From assembly GCF_032062105.1 (NCBI RefSeq), contig NW_026938498.1, positions 620,001 through 684,000 on the forward strand: a stretch of 64,000 nt of DNA. The letters run 5' to 3'. This stretch comes from Saccostrea cucullata (Eukaryota). The notes under the pieces were generated by a model. That model saw nothing but the letters and a program-made list of their open reading frames with translations, ran no database searches and was not told the DNA's origin. The position numbers and the translations under genes were made by a program. The first letter of the stretch is position 1. The number at the start of each line of letters is the position of its first letter. Below, in pieces: positions 62,460 to 64,000 of the stretch.

Positions 62460-63040
62460 GGTATGAAACAATAATCAAAATGATCGGTAATATTTGTATT
62501 AGAGAGAGTGAGGGGGGAGGGGAGAGTTGCAATTATTTCATATTAATTAATTATCAAATAAATTTTTAAAACTTTATGTCATTCGAACCTAAGAAGTAAA
62601 TGAACAATCACAAGATATAAAAATTTCCGCTTTTATCGAAAAAGCAGTATTCTTTGTTCTTGAGAGAGGCAGGAAACCCTGTTGATCGGACATACCCGCC
62701 GTGAGCCTTTTGATTATTTTAAGGTTCTTTGGTGTTTCTATTGATTTACGTTTGATTTACACCAATTTTTCTTTAATTCTTTAATATATTGAAAAATGAC
62801 GTGTTTTCTTTATCAATTATAAATACATAATTATGTCTCAAAAGCGTACATAATGTGACGTACATGATCTCAAAAACATTTCTTTCAGTTATTTCACCTA
62901 AGTACGAATTTGACCTAAAGGACCATAAAACTAACGAAAAAAATGTATTCAGTGAGAAATTGTCAAAATTTTCATGCCTTTTCTGCATTTAATAGATACA
63001 CGTCCGCGACTCCATGGAAAACAACTAGACAAAACTGAAG

Positions 63041-63301
63041 ATGATTGCAGCAATAGTTATTTTGTTTCACGTCTCGAGATGGCTTTACTACAACTACATT
63101 GGTAAGAAATGTTTGTAGCTATAAAAGGTAAGGAAAATCATTTTATTCAGTGAGAAATTGTCAAAATATTCATGCCTTTTCTGTATTTGTTTAATAGACA
63201 CAAGATCACGACTCCGGGGACAAGTAATAAACCCAAGTGATCCTGGGAGCTCTGTGGATCCCCCAAACTGGGTCCACAGAGACCCAAGAGGAGACCATTA
63301 A
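63041..63301 (+). CDS. Putative small spliced peptide gene or terminal exons, copy 2 (exons 63041-63101 and 63198-63302)
   Basis: MIAAIVILFHVSRWLYYNYI + (D)TRSRLRGQVINPSDPGSSVDPPNWVHRDPRGDH* (54 aa); 96-nt phase-1 intron; the other two frames of exon 2 are closed. Confidence 0.6.
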
Positions 63302-63779
63302 GGTAAGAAAATAAAAATGATCGGTAATAGAGAGAGAGTGAGGGTGTGTGTATTAATATTAATTACTATAAAATAAAGATTACATTTTATTTATGTTATT
63401 CGATCCTACGACGTAAATGAGCAATCACAAGATATATGAATTTCAAAGTTCCGCTTTTTAATCGAAGAAGCAGAAGTCTTTGTTGTAAAGAAACTGTAAT
63501 TAGCGTGCCATGACAAAGTCATACTTTTTTATGCAATTGATTTTGGATAATTTGGTGATTTTAATGAAAACAGGTCAAGAAAACGATTAGTGACAGTTCT
63601 CATAAAAACGTAAAACAATACAATTAATAGCTATCGCACAAGAATATAAAGCATCATGCATATTACATGCGATACGGTGTTGGTACTATTTCTCTTCTCT
63701 ACTGAATAAATGTTCCAATTCCATATATAAGACGTTTGGTCACCGTCATGGGCTGGTGCACACTGACCTAAAAGGCTAG

Positions 63780-64000
63780 TGTTTACATAGTGTCTATGGG
63801 ATTCTCCAAACAAAAATTTAATACTTATCCTAAATCAGGGAACGGATGTGTTTCTCGTTACATTTTGCTGCCGTGGCTACACCGTCCATTAAATTTAGCA
63901 AAGAAATGGAACTACGTAAACTGAAAGCCACCAGGGCAGGGAACAGAAGTGCTGTTACAAGGAAATTGAGAAATATGATCGGTAGAATTTTTCAGAGAAC
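63780..64000 (+). mobile_element. BEL/Pao-like LTR retrotransposon 5' end (LTR end, PBS, gag start); left boundary unknown
   Basis: ...cgttaCA (63862), then ttt-tgctgccgtggct resembling the tRNA-His PBS TGGTGCCGTGACT; ATG 63906 opens MELRKLKATRAGNRSAVTRKL, resembling BEL/Pao gag N-termini (from recall). Confidence 0.6.

Noticed and set aside
62330-62569. 79-aa ORF from the supplied track
   Set aside because: Crosses intron sequence; the same frame is closed in the paralogous unit; the synonymous pattern supports a different frame.

Overview
AT-rich eukaryotic genomic DNA, most likely from an oyster-type bivalve. This is inferred from Cg170/HindIII-like ~166-bp repeats inside Helentron-derived non-autonomous elements (HINEs) and from the SINE and Penelope-like element (PLE) repertoire. 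One clear host gene is present: an intronless-CDS class A GPCR (33124-34284, +) resembling CNMamide/FMRFamide-receptor-like receptors, with an atypical ENY in place of E/DRY. Most of the rest is transposon-derived: two copies of a TTAA-targeting Kolobok-like element (one carries a nested insertion whose empty site is visible in the other), PIF/Harbinger MITEs, six HINEs, tRNA-derived SINEs, many PLE fragments, a decayed hAT transposase, a Gypsy remnant with a C2H2 zinc-finger ORF in the env position, and the 5' end of a BEL/Pao element. The most unexpected signal is missed by the ORF track: a tandemly duplicated, spliced micro-gene unit at ~62.2-63.3 kb. Its 105-nt exons encode a variable basic segment plus a conserved GSSVDPPNWVHR...GDH* block in which all four substitutions are synonymous. 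All calls come from reading the sequence by eye; no database searches were run.
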